DNA of 64,000 nt from Planctomycetota bacterium (lineage in GTDB: Bacteria; Planctomycetota; Brocadiia; Brocadiales; Bathyanammoxibiaceae): NCBI GenBank assembly GCA_023261505.1, contig JAHFOV010000002.1:14136-78135 (forward strand), given 5' to 3'. Position 1 is the first letter of the stretch, and each line of letters begins with the position of its first letter. The position numbers and the translations under genes are program-made. Shown here one piece after another: positions 18,592 through 27,644 of this stretch. The notes beneath the pieces were generated by a model. That model was not told the DNA's origin and did no database searches. It saw only the letters and a program-made list of their open reading frames with translations.

Positions 18592-19564
18592 GGAAGTTTC
18601 TTACCTTGAGGCCCAAATCGGCAATCATCTGAAAGTCCTCCTCCGGCGGGCTTCCCTTTGTAGTAAGGTAATCTCCTACGATAATACTACTAGCTCCTGC
18701 ATAGAATATCCAGCTCTGCATACTTCTTAGGTTCTTCTGCCGCCCTCCTGCCACCTTTATCTCGTTGGCTGGTAGGATAAAACGGAAAATGGCAATAATC
18801 TTCAGTATATCTATTGGGGAGAGGTTATGATTGGCCTCGAGGGGAGTACCAGGAATAGAGTGTAAAAAATTTAGCGGTACTGTATCTACTTCTAATTCCC
18901 TGAGGGTGAAGGCTACATCCAGGCGGTCCTCAGGGGATTCTCCCACCCCAAAAATGCCTCCGCTGCAAATCTCCATCCCTGCCTCTTTCGCTACGCTGAT
19001 TGTAGTAAGACGGTCTTCATAGGTATGAGTAGTACATAGTTTTGGGAAAAAACGTCTGGAGGTTTCCAGGTTGTGATTGTATCGTTTGACACCACTAAGT
19101 TTTAGGAGTTTTGCCGCCTCGTTGGTTAGAAGGCCGAGGGAGGCATGGATGGATGTAGTATTGCTTACGGCTCGTATCGCTCGGCAAAGAGATACCAGTT
19201 CCCCATGGCTGAGCCTCTTACCGCTTGTAACCATTCCCAGAGCGCTTGCCCTTGAAGCCACGGCCCCCAGGGCATTCTCCCGAAAGGTCTCCTCTCTTAC
19301 CAGTGGGATGTCTTCTACTCCTGTTTCATACCAAAGGGACTGGGCGCAAAACTTACAATCCTCCGGACACTTACCGCGCTTAGCGCTCATTATGGCACAA
19401 CAGGTAATTTCGTTGCCTTTATAATGATGTCTTATGGCATTGGCCCAATAAAATAGGTCATGTAAAGACTCACCCTTTAAAGATAATAGCAAAAAGGCCT
19501 CCTCTCGATTAACTTGCCCACCAGATAAGACCTTCTCACCTAATTCTTTAAGGCTCGCATTCAC
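18560..19564 (-). CDS. bioB: biotin synthase-like radical SAM enzyme
   Basis: 'CPEDCKFCAQS' CxxxCxxC motif, 'YNHNLETS' and 'YLTTKGSPPEEDFQMIADLG' are BioB-like. Confidence 0.7.
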   Translation of the reverse strand: MNASLKELGEKVLSGGQVNREEAFLLLSLKGESLHDLFYWANAIRHHYKGNEITCCAIMSAKRGKCPEDCKFCAQSLWYETGVEDIPLVREETFRENALGAVASRASALGMVTSGKRLSHGELVSLCRAIRAVSNTTSIHASLGLLTNEAAKLLKLSGVKRYNHNLETSRRFFPKLCTTHTYEDRLTTISVAKEAGMEICSGGIFGVGESPEDRLDVAFTLRELEVDTVPLNFLHSIPGTPLEANHNLSPIDILKIIAIFRFILPANEIKVAGGRQKNLRSMQSWIFYAGASSIIVGDYLTTKGSPPEEDFQMIADLGLKVRNFHGIQQKTSSK

Positions 19565-20579
19565 GACATTTTACCCTTAATTCCTTATAAGCCGCTGATA
19601 CTTTCTGCCACACCATTTCCGGCTTTTCTGACCTTAGATAGCTCATACAGGCACTGCCCTGGTACGACCATACGGCTATATTCCTCACTCCTTCCTCGTA
19701 GGCTATCTTTATCGCATGGCCTACCTCTTCCTCCCTCCCTTCAGGGATTCTGAAGCCCTGTATCCAGATCTGGGGTTCTCTGCCGTGCTCAGCACAAAGG
19801 GCTACTATTGCCCTGGAGACATCCCTTACAAAATCCTCCATCTTTCTGTTGAAGCAGAGCCAGTAAGGGTCTGTGCCAAAGATGTCCAGTCCTTCTAGCT
19901 TTACTGCCTCTTCCCACTCGTATATGCCGTAGCGGGGGTCTAGGGTGGGGAAGATGCAAAGAGCGTTCTTAAGCCCCTTTTCAGAGGCAACTTTACACAG
20001 TGAGCCTATGAACCTTAATATTGTATCCTGTCTGAACCTCTTGACCTCGTCATTGAAATCGGCGGGCATCTCGTGACGGTATTCCTCCAGAAAAAGCCTC
20101 TGACAGGTCTGACAGGTACAGGCCCACACCACCTGGGGCTTTCCGAAGAGGGGCACTAGATCCCCATAGTAAAGATGAGGTTCATCCCAGAAGATACCAT
20201 TCGCTTCTGTATTTGCAGCCAATTCCAACCAGACCCTCATGAAATCCCTGAAGACCTGAGAATTTAGGCAGGCCTTCTCCATGTTTATCCTGTTGCCACT
20301 GATGGTAATAGTCTGCCGACAGTGGGAGTTCCTGGAGACGAACTCAGAGAAGGCCTCCCCTCCAAATACCCTGCCGACTCCCCAGGGGTCAAGGAATACC
20401 TCAAGCTCTGATTCCTTGCTGACCCTTACAATCTCTGCCATTGTCTCAGGGTAGTAGGTCATATCCTCCTCACTAAAGGTATGGACAACGAAGTTGCAGC
20501 CTGCCTCAGCCACGGCCTCCATATCTTCTCTGACATGCTCTACGTGCCTGGAGCCGAAATAACTGACGCCTAGTTTCAT
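19548..20579 (-). CDS. hypothetical protein, possibly a TIM-barrel glycosyl-hydrolase-like fold
   Basis: Long ORF with coding-like composition, overlapping the bioB start by 17 nt. I recognise no confident motif. Confidence 0.35.
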   Translation of the reverse strand: MKLGVSYFGSRHVEHVREDMEAVAEAGCNFVVHTFSEEDMTYYPETMAEIVRVSKESELEVFLDPWGVGRVFGGEAFSEFVSRNSHCRQTITISGNRINMEKACLNSQVFRDFMRVWLELAANTEANGIFWDEPHLYYGDLVPLFGKPQVVWACTCQTCQRLFLEEYRHEMPADFNDEVKRFRQDTILRFIGSLCKVASEKGLKNALCIFPTLDPRYGIYEWEEAVKLEGLDIFGTDPYWLCFNRKMEDFVRDVSRAIVALCAEHGREPQIWIQGFRIPEGREEEVGHAIKIAYEEGVRNIAVWSYQGSACMSYLRSEKPEMVWQKVSAAYKELRVKCRECEP

Positions 20580-20599
20580 GCTAGAATTCCTTTACAAAA

Positions 20600-20700
20600 C
20601 AGGGGTTAGTAAACAGGGATTAGAGACTAGTAAATAAATCTAACCCCTAAACCTTTTTCCTAACTTCTAGCCTCTAAGCCCTGCCCCCTAATCCCTAATT
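20600..20700. repeat. family F inverted repeat (GGGGTTAG / AGGGATTAG ... CTAACCCC / CTAATCCCT)
   Basis: 'aggggttagtaaacagggattagagactag...ctaacccctaa...ccctaatccctaatt'. Short relatives occur at 1283-1305 and 61950-61990. Confidence 0.7.
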
Positions 20701-20706
20701 CTATAT

Positions 20707-22425
20707 CTATCTCAACCCTTCTCCAATGGCAAGCTTATAAGAGATAACCATGGCACCGAGGGATGCTACACCAAGAAGGATAAGACCCTGTCCGTATTCT
20801 TGAAATATTAGTTTTCCTATGCCAAAGGTGGTCCCATATATAAGCGCCACTCCTGAGAACCATTCCACCAAAAATCCCCAGCCCAGCACACCTCTTTCCA
20901 GTCCAGGAAGCTCCCTCTGTATAGGGCGCCAGAATCCGCCGGGCCTCACCCGCTTGTAGAATTCCACCAGTTTTTCCTTAGGTTCTGGCCGTGTTAGAAA
21001 AGTTACAGTTACCCATACTATAATAGAAAGGGGCACAAGCAAGACAAATCTGTGCTGCACCTGCACACCCATTGCCACGAGCAAAGAATTTATCAGTAAT
21101 GAGGCCGAGAGAGCAGAGATTTCTGACCAGGCGTTTATCCTCCACCAGAACCATCTGAGGATAAGCACCAGCCCTATCCCTGCAGCCATTGGGGCCAGGA
21201 ACTCCCAGGCCTTGCTTATAGAATCCATCTGACTTGCCACCACCCCTGCAATGGCCATCAGCACTGCACCTGCAATCCTGGAAACCAGCACATAGTGTCG
21301 TTCAGAAGAAGATTTTACCAGAAACCTCCTGTAGATGTCATTAATGAAGTAGCTTGAACCCCAATTGATGTGAGTGGTGATGGTGGACATAAAGGCCGCT
21401 AGGAAGGAGGCCAGTAGGAGACCCTTAAGCCCGGGGGGCAGGAAGGAATTTATGGCAGCAGGATAGGCCTCCTTGTCGCGGCACTCTGGCATAGTTACCA
21501 TAGAAACAAGTGCAACAATAATCCAGGGCCAGGGTCTTAACGCATGATGGGCAAGGTTAAACCATAAGGTGCCTAAAAGGGAATGCCCTTCGCTTTTAGC
21601 CGATAACATTCTCTGGATTATGTACCCGCCGCCATCTGCATGGTGTGTTGCCCACCACATGATTAACATAAATACTAAAAAGGTAAAAAGGGGAGTATCC
21701 CAGAATGGGGAGGCATGGGTCTCCGCAGGTGGTAAAAAGAATAGAGTAGAACCGCCCATCTGTGCTACCCTACCTTTAAGTTCTGCTATTCCCCCCACAT
21801 GCTCAAGAGAGAAGAGGGCCAGGATGATAGAACCCACCATGGCTAGAAAGAACTGGAAGAAGTCTGTGGCCACTACGCCCCATAAACCTGAAAGGACGGT
21901 ATAAATTAAGGAGATAACCACACAGAATGAAATAGACAGCCACTGCATATCCCTGGGGATTCCCAGTGTGACATGTAAAACAGTTGCCATAGCCTGGATG
22001 ACCCAGCCCATGACAATGAAGTTGTAAACGGTAGCAAAATAAGCGGCCTTAAAGGCCCTGAGGATGGCGGCGGGGCGGCCAGAGTATCTTATCTCTATGA
22101 GTTCATTATCAGTAAGAACCTGGGCCCTAACCCATAGCCGGGAGAACAGAAACACGCTCAGCAGACCCCCCAGGGCGGCATTCCACCAGAACCAGTTTCG
22201 CCAGATACCTTCCTTACGGACGTACTCAGTAACAGCCAGGGGGGTATCTGCCCCGAAAGTGGTGGCTACCATAGAGGTGCCCAGAAGCCACCAGGATAGG
22301 TTCCTGCCCGAAAGGAAATACTCTTTTACATCCTTACCTGCCCGATGGGAAAAATACAACCCTATCCCAAGAGAGAGGGCAAGGTACAGACCAATAATTA
22401 TCCAGTCAATCAGGGCAAGGCCCAT
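20707..22425 (-). CDS. sodium:solute symporter family (SSF) transporter
   Basis: About 13 TM segments. The N-terminal 'YFLSGRNLSWWLLGTSMVATTFGADTPLAV' is SSF-typical. Confidence 0.8.
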   Translation of the reverse strand: MGLALIDWIIIGLYLALSLGIGLYFSHRAGKDVKEYFLSGRNLSWWLLGTSMVATTFGADTPLAVTEYVRKEGIWRNWFWWNAALGGLLSVFLFSRLWVRAQVLTDNELIEIRYSGRPAAILRAFKAAYFATVYNFIVMGWVIQAMATVLHVTLGIPRDMQWLSISFCVVISLIYTVLSGLWGVVATDFFQFFLAMVGSIILALFSLEHVGGIAELKGRVAQMGGSTLFFLPPAETHASPFWDTPLFTFLVFMLIMWWATHHADGGGYIIQRMLSAKSEGHSLLGTLWFNLAHHALRPWPWIIVALVSMVTMPECRDKEAYPAAINSFLPPGLKGLLLASFLAAFMSTITTHINWGSSYFINDIYRRFLVKSSSERHYVLVSRIAGAVLMAIAGVVASQMDSISKAWEFLAPMAAGIGLVLILRWFWWRINAWSEISALSASLLINSLLVAMGVQVQHRFVLLVPLSIIVWVTVTFLTRPEPKEKLVEFYKRVRPGGFWRPIQRELPGLERGVLGWGFLVEWFSGVALIYGTTFGIGKLIFQEYGQGLILLGVASLGAMVISYKLAIGEGLR

Positions 22426-22679
22426 AATATGCGAGGTGGTGCTACCGCCCCAATGTTACCAGCCAACAAGGGGTAAGTCAAAAATTTTTGCCACAAGAAT
22501 ACAGTTTTTCCTTAAATGGCAAGTTTTCATGCAATTGGGGAGTGCTAATAAAACCGGATGTACGACCAAAAAGAAGGAATTCCAGCGGCTATTCCAAAAA
22601 GCTGGAAATTGCTTAAGGTATTGCTTTCATGGTATAAAAGGTTTATATATTTTTTAAAATCTTTTATTCGAAAAAGCTA

Positions 22680-23954
22680 ATGAAGCCCTCCAAATTAATT
22701 TTTGTAATTATACTCCCTACCATTTTGGGCATTGCTAGTATTGTAGTTCCGTTGATTACACAATGGGAGCAGGTGCAAAAGTTTTTCTATCGCGAAAAGA
22801 AACCCCCAGTTGTTGTAAAGCTCGGTTATTTACCAATTGTGACATCATTATCAACGGAAGTGGCATTTTACAAGGGCTTCTTTCCTTCCCCGAACAAGAA
22901 ATTAAATCTAAAACGTGTAGAAAGGATACCCTTTTCAACAAGCGAAGATTTAGCCAATGCCCTTGCGTTAGGGGAAATCCAAGTAGCCTCTTTGTTTTCG
23001 ATAGTTACTATGGTAACTCGGGAGGCTAATGATCCTGGACGTGTAAGGATATTCAGTGTAAGCAATGTACGTAGTGATAAGCCTTTTGATGCTATTCTAG
23101 TCCCTGAAGAAAGTTCCATTCAGAAAATCGAATCCCTGACAAATCAACGGATAGGCACATTTCCAGGAAGCACTGCTACCTCAATCTTAAAACGCTTTCT
23201 AGAGGAAAGGGACCTTCCTACTGATAATCTCAAATTCGTTCCGATACCTCCCAAATACCAGCTAGAGTACCTTCAAAATGGTAAAATAGATTTGCTTTTT
23301 TGCTATGAGCCTATTGTCACCCTAGGACTTTTAAAGGGGTACCGCAAAGTCAACGGGTCAGTCTACGCATCTCTTTCCGAGCCCTCCCCCTGCCCAATAG
23401 GGTGCATGGCGATAAACCGAAAGTTTGAAAATGATCACGAAACATTAGCAAGTGAAATTATTCGCGCCATAGATAGAGCCATTATGTTTATACGAGAGCA
23501 TCCCTCAGAAGCTAGACCAATTTTGAAAGAGACACTTTTAAAAGAGGCACAGATGTCCGAGGAAGAAAAAGAAAAAGTGGCTAATTTGTGTATTTTAGCT
23601 GACTATACTTTATCAATTGAGACAACGGCACCTGGACAAATAGATAGCATGCAAACGTTCCTTAAAAAACTCGTGGATCTAAAGGAAATACCTAATATTA
23701 ATGTACAAGAGTTCCTAAAGACTCTCTTGGGTACATCTAAAGAGGAGGTCTCTGAAAAACTTGAAAAACTACCCGAAGGAATCCAATTTCCCGATTCACT
23801 AAAAGACAAGATGAGGTATGATGCTGAAAAAAAGCTTCTTATTTTTAAAGGTGTTATGAAAGAAAAAGAAAGAATTGACTTGCTAAAGTTATCACAAGAA
23901 CACCCATATCAAGATGCCGTAGAAGGACTTTTTCATAAGTCTCAGATACGATAA
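22680..23954 (+). CDS. NMT1/SsuA-like ABC substrate-binding protein with an extra C-terminal region
   Basis: 'VVKLGYLPIVTSLSTEVAFYKGFF' and 'RIGTFPGSTA' follow the SsuA/TauA/NMT1 pattern. No permease or ATPase gene is nearby. Visibly A+T-richer than its neighbours. Confidence 0.55.
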   Translation: MKPSKLIFVIILPTILGIASIVVPLITQWEQVQKFFYREKKPPVVVKLGYLPIVTSLSTEVAFYKGFFPSPNKKLNLKRVERIPFSTSEDLANALALGEIQVASLFSIVTMVTREANDPGRVRIFSVSNVRSDKPFDAILVPEESSIQKIESLTNQRIGTFPGSTATSILKRFLEERDLPTDNLKFVPIPPKYQLEYLQNGKIDLLFCYEPIVTLGLLKGYRKVNGSVYASLSEPSPCPIGCMAINRKFENDHETLASEIIRAIDRAIMFIREHPSEARPILKETLLKEAQMSEEEKEKVANLCILADYTLSIETTAPGQIDSMQTFLKKLVDLKEIPNINVQEFLKTLLGTSKEEVSEKLEKLPEGIQFPDSLKDKMRYDAEKKLLIFKGVMKEKERIDLLKLSQEHPYQDAVEGLFHKSQIR

Positions 23955-24132
23955 AGAAGATACTATGAAAGTACAATGTAGAAAATATCAGCAAAGATTA
24001 CGACCGCGCTCAGGTTTTCATTTTTCTGTGTAGGGGTTGTTGCAGAGCAGGGTAGGTAAAGGCCATGCCTCACACAAAGGGTAGCAGGTTTATAATACAA
24101 CTTGACCATAAGTAATAATAGATGACAGGGGA

Positions 24133-24161
24133 AGGTAGGTCAGGGTTTGACCCTGACCTAC
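24133..24161. other. perfect 12-bp hairpin downstream of the PEP-CTERM remnant
   Basis: 'ggtaggtcaggg-tttga-ccctgacctacc'. Confidence 0.6.
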
Positions 24162-24212
24162 CCGGCTGCTGTACGCATGACCTCCCCTGAAGCCTCTCTT
24201 TAAGAAAGTTTA

Positions 24213-24326
24213 TTATGCTTTCTTGAGTAGCCTCCTTCTCCTAAGGCCAAAGAGGCCAGCCACTCCTGAACCCAATAGAAGCAGGGTGCAGGGTTCGGGA
24301 ACTACCGAACTGGAAGAGGCAGCCCG
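24213..24326 (-). pseudogene. orphan PEP-CTERM sorting-signal remnant (C-terminal 37 codons only)
   Basis: My minus-strand translation gives 'RAASSSSVVPEPCTLLLLGSGVAGLFGLRRRRLLKKA*'. That is a VPEP motif, a TM helix and an Arg-rich tail. An in-frame stop lies immediately upstream and there is no start codon. Confidence 0.6.
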
Positions 24327-24410
24327 TTAAAAGTCAGTCTCTCAATCTAGTAGAAAGCACGGCCCTTTTGCTATAATGAGTGGGGATGTATGGGCATGCG
24401 TAAAACTAAG

Positions 24411-24472
24411 AATCACAAATTTCAAATTGCAAATTGAGAGATCTGAAATTTGGAATTTGCGATTTGTAATTA
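24411..24472. repeat. family C A+T-rich palindrome
   Basis: 'aatcacaaatttcaaattgcaaattgagagatctgaaatttggaatttgcgatttgtaatt'. Confidence 0.75.
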
Positions 24473-24485
24473 GATTTAAAGGACC

Positions 24486-26435
24486 ATGGAACTAGAGGAA
24501 AGACTGGAACACCTGCCCACAGGGCCAGGCGTCTATCTTATGAAGGACGCAAAGAGCAAGGTCATTTATGTGGGCAAGGCAAAAAATCTTAAAAATCGGG
24601 CCAAGAGTTACTTCCAGAAGGGGGGCGACGGGAGGTTACTTGTTCAACATCTCCTCAAAAGAGTTGCCGACGTGGATGTAGTTCTCACCGATACGGAAAA
24701 AGAGGCCCTTATCCTTGAAAATAATCTGATAAAACAGTTCAAGCCTCGCTACAATACCATCTTCAGGGACGACAAGACCTATGTAAGTATAAAAATTGAC
24801 CTATCCAAACCTTTTCCCCATCCTCAAATAGTCAGGGAGGTGAAGAAGGACGGGGCCCTATATTTTGGTCCTTACAGCTCCAGCCGGGCCGTAAGGGAAA
24901 CTCTGAGGTTCCTTTACGAGCTTTATCCCATAAGAAAGTGTTCAGAAAGGACATATACAGGAAGAAAGAGGCCGTGCCTGTATTATCAGATGGGTAAATG
25001 CCCTGGACCTTGTGTGGGGCTGGCCGATGATAAGGCCTATAGGGAGATTATTGAGGAGGTTATACTCTTCTTGAAAGGTAAAAGGGAGGAGCTGATAGAG
25101 GCCCTTAGAGAAAAGATGCTAAAGGAGGCCGAGGCAGAAAACTTTGAGAAGGCGGCAGAAATACGGGACCGCATCCAGGCCATCCAACAGACCGTAGAGA
25201 GACAGAAGATACGTTCACCTAGTTTTATAGACCGAGATGTCTTTGGGTATTACCGAGAAGGCAAAGAGATGTCCGTTCAGGCCATGTTTATACGCAACGG
25301 GAACCTGGAAGACATAGCCTCTTACTTTCTCCCCGTACACTACAATAACCCTGAAGAAGTCTTTTCTGCCTTCCTTGTTCAGTTCTACAGTCACAACCGC
25401 TTCATCCCCAGGGAGATACTGATACCCATGGAGGTAGAAGATGCTCCTCTGCTAGAGGAGATATTGACGGAACGAAAGGGGCAGAAGGTTTCCGTGATAT
25501 TCCCCCAAAAGGGTGAGAAAACAAGACTGGTAGAGCTAGCAATGAGGAATGCTGAAAATGCATTCAGGGCGAGACACAGCACACCTCAGCGTCACAAAAT
25601 GATTCTTGAAGGACTTAAAGAGGCCCTCGGTCTAAAAAATTTCCCTCAGAGGATAGAGTGTTTCGACATATCCAATATTGGTGGCAGGCAGGCTGTGGGT
25701 TCTATGGTAACCTTTGAAGGGGGATTGCCTAATAAAAATAGGTACCGCAGATACAAAGTAGAGACGGTTCCCCAGGCAGACGACTTTGCCATGATGGAGG
25801 AAGTCCTAACACGCCGCTACAAGAAGGCCCTTGAAGAAAATTATCTCCCTCAACTGACTATAGTTGATGGGGGCAAGGGGCAGCTTGGGGTGGCCCTAAA
25901 GGTTATGGAAAAGTTAGGGATAAAGGATGTAGACGTCATCGCCCTGGCTAAGGCCAGGAAGGCGATATCTGACTTAGGCGGACGGGGCGTCATTGCTAGC
26001 GAAGCGAAGCAATCTCAAAGATTGTTCGCCAAGGCGAATCTGCCTAAGGCACTACTTCGGGGCTTCGCCTCTCGCAACGACCGGCCATCCGAGCTCCAGG
26101 ATAGGGTGTTCATCCCGTGGAAATCAGAACCAATCCTCCTTCCTACCGATTCGCCAGAACTTCTCCTGCTGGGGAGGATTAGGGACGAGGCTCACCGCTT
26201 TGCCATCACCTACCACAAGAAGCTCCGCCAGAGGCAATTCTATCGTTCACCGCTGGATGAAATCCCAGGTATAGGTCCAGCCAGGAAGGCAAAGCTAATG
26301 AAGTGCTTTGGCAGTATAGAGAACATCCGACAGGCAGGGCTTAAGGATTTAAAAGAGGTTGCTGGATTGCCTGCCAAACAGGCTGAGCTTATATATAACT
26401 ACTTCCATCCTCCAGTTACAGCCTCTAAAACCTGA
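24486..26435 (+). CDS. uvrC: excinuclease ABC subunit C
   Basis: GIY-YIG 'GVYLMKDAKSKVIYVGKAKNLKNR', UVR domain, 'DISNIGG', 'VDGGKGQL', 'IRDEAHRFAI' and a C-terminal HhH. Carries a repeat-derived in-frame insert at about 25989-26082. Confidence 0.9.
   Translation: MELEERLEHLPTGPGVYLMKDAKSKVIYVGKAKNLKNRAKSYFQKGGDGRLLVQHLLKRVADVDVVLTDTEKEALILENNLIKQFKPRYNTIFRDDKTYVSIKIDLSKPFPHPQIVREVKKDGALYFGPYSSSRAVRETLRFLYELYPIRKCSERTYTGRKRPCLYYQMGKCPGPCVGLADDKAYREIIEEVILFLKGKREELIEALREKMLKEAEAENFEKAAEIRDRIQAIQQTVERQKIRSPSFIDRDVFGYYREGKEMSVQAMFIRNGNLEDIASYFLPVHYNNPEEVFSAFLVQFYSHNRFIPREILIPMEVEDAPLLEEILTERKGQKVSVIFPQKGEKTRLVELAMRNAENAFRARHSTPQRHKMILEGLKEALGLKNFPQRIECFDISNIGGRQAVGSMVTFEGGLPNKNRYRRYKVETVPQADDFAMMEEVLTRRYKKALEENYLPQLTIVDGGKGQLGVALKVMEKLGIKDVDVIALAKARKAISDLGGRGVIASEAKQSQRLFAKANLPKALLRGFASRNDRPSELQDRVFIPWKSEPILLPTDSPELLLLGRIRDEAHRFAITYHKKLRQRQFYRSPLDEIPGIGPARKAKLMKCFGSIENIRQAGLKDLKEVAGLPAKQAELIYNYFHPPVTASKT
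25989..26082. repeat. family A palindromic repeat inside the uvrC coding sequence
   Basis: 'gtcattgctagcgaagcgaagcaatctc...cttcggggcttcgcctctcgcaacgac', with the same inner 'ttcgccaaggcgaatc' module as the copy at 4783-4818. Confidence 0.8.
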
Positions 26436-26653
26436 GCCATGCTCTACCTTACGAGTACTCTTAAAAGTGTTAATAGGCAAACTTACATCAAAGTTAACTG
26501 CAAATTTACTGAGAATTTACCGTTGAATTACCTTATTTTGCTGGTAAAATGTGTGTGTTTCAAGCCTTTTTTGTATATAAATCAAAAATATGAATTAAAA
26601 ATCTGAAGCAAGGTTCGTCAAAATAATTGGCGAATCTGCCTGAGGTATGATTT

Positions 26654-27559
26654 ATGCAAGAGATATTCTTTAAAGAAAGTTCACTGCTTACCCTGGAGAT
26701 GAGACTATTCTTTGCTGTGGTAGGACTCTATGTCCTGAGTTGTATTCTGCACCTCCTCCAGTTTGGTGTGAGTTCCATTATACCTTCGGTGCTGCCGCTG
26801 AGGAATTTTGCAATTGGCAGGATGGCCACCAAGACCCTGCTCCTGGCCGTACTTGCCCATACCCTGCTGATTATTTTGAGGGGCATAGAGGAGGGCCAGC
26901 CCCCTGTACAAAATAAATATGAATGTCTCTCCTGGTTTGCCTGGTGCAATACTTTTACTTATCTTTTTATACGGAGGAGATGGGCAGAGCTCACTACACC
27001 GGGAATCTTTGTAACCATGCTCTCCATAGCCGCCCTCTATATAAGTATAAACAAGTATAGTCCGTTGGTTACACCCCTTGCCCCAGCTCTACAAAGCCCT
27101 TGGTACTTCTGGCATGTCCTTATAGCCTTTGGTGCCTATGCGGTGTTCGTGGTGGGTTGCTCTGTGGAATTATCTTACGTCATAATAAAGGCACTGGGGG
27201 CCGCAAAGAGGACGTGGGAGGATTACGGACTTCCATCTTTAGAAGTAGAAACCTTTCACAGGTTGTCTTACGTTCTGATACTGATGGGATTTCCATTATT
27301 AACCTTCGGTATGATTTCAGGTGCAGCCTGGGCGGACGAGGCCTGGGGAAGGTACTGGTCGTGGGACCCATTTGAGATACTGTCACTCATAACCTGGACG
27401 GCCTTTGCCATGTACCTGCACACTATGTCTCTACCAAAGTGGAGGCCAGTGTGGGGCTCGGTCTTTTGTCTGGTTGGCTTCTCCTGCATGCTAATTACCT
27501 TTATGGGGTCTGGCTTCCTGACTAAACTATTTGGCCTTTACAGCATGCATGCCTATTAA
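26654..27559 (+). CDS. ccsA: System II cytochrome c biogenesis protein CcsA/ResC
   Basis: Trp-rich haem-handling motif 'WADEAWGRYWSWDPFE'. Multi-TM. Confidence 0.85.
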   Translation: MQEIFFKESSLLTLEMRLFFAVVGLYVLSCILHLLQFGVSSIIPSVLPLRNFAIGRMATKTLLLAVLAHTLLIILRGIEEGQPPVQNKYECLSWFAWCNTFTYLFIRRRWAELTTPGIFVTMLSIAALYISINKYSPLVTPLAPALQSPWYFWHVLIAFGAYAVFVVGCSVELSYVIIKALGAAKRTWEDYGLPSLEVETFHRLSYVLILMGFPLLTFGMISGAAWADEAWGRYWSWDPFEILSLITWTAFAMYLHTMSLPKWRPVWGSVFCLVGFSCMLITFMGSGFLTKLFGLYSMHAY

Positions 27560-27562
27560 GCT

Positions 27563-27623
27563 AGTAGGGAGTAGGCAGTAGACAGTAGGTAGTTTTTACT
27601 TCCTTACTGCTTACTTCCTACTG
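27563..27623. repeat. family E heptamer-periodic inverted repeat between ccsA and resB
   Basis: 'agtagggagtaggcagtagacagtaggtag ttttt acttccttactgcttacttcctactg'. Confidence 0.75.
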
Positions 27624-27644
27624 TTAAAAAGGAATTATAAAAAT

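Noticed and set aside
22064-22657. A 197-aa plus-strand ORF lies opposite the SSF transporter 5' end.
   Set aside because: It is antisense to a well-supported transporter gene. It is Arg/Pro/Ser-rich, as is typical of a reverse-frame artefact.
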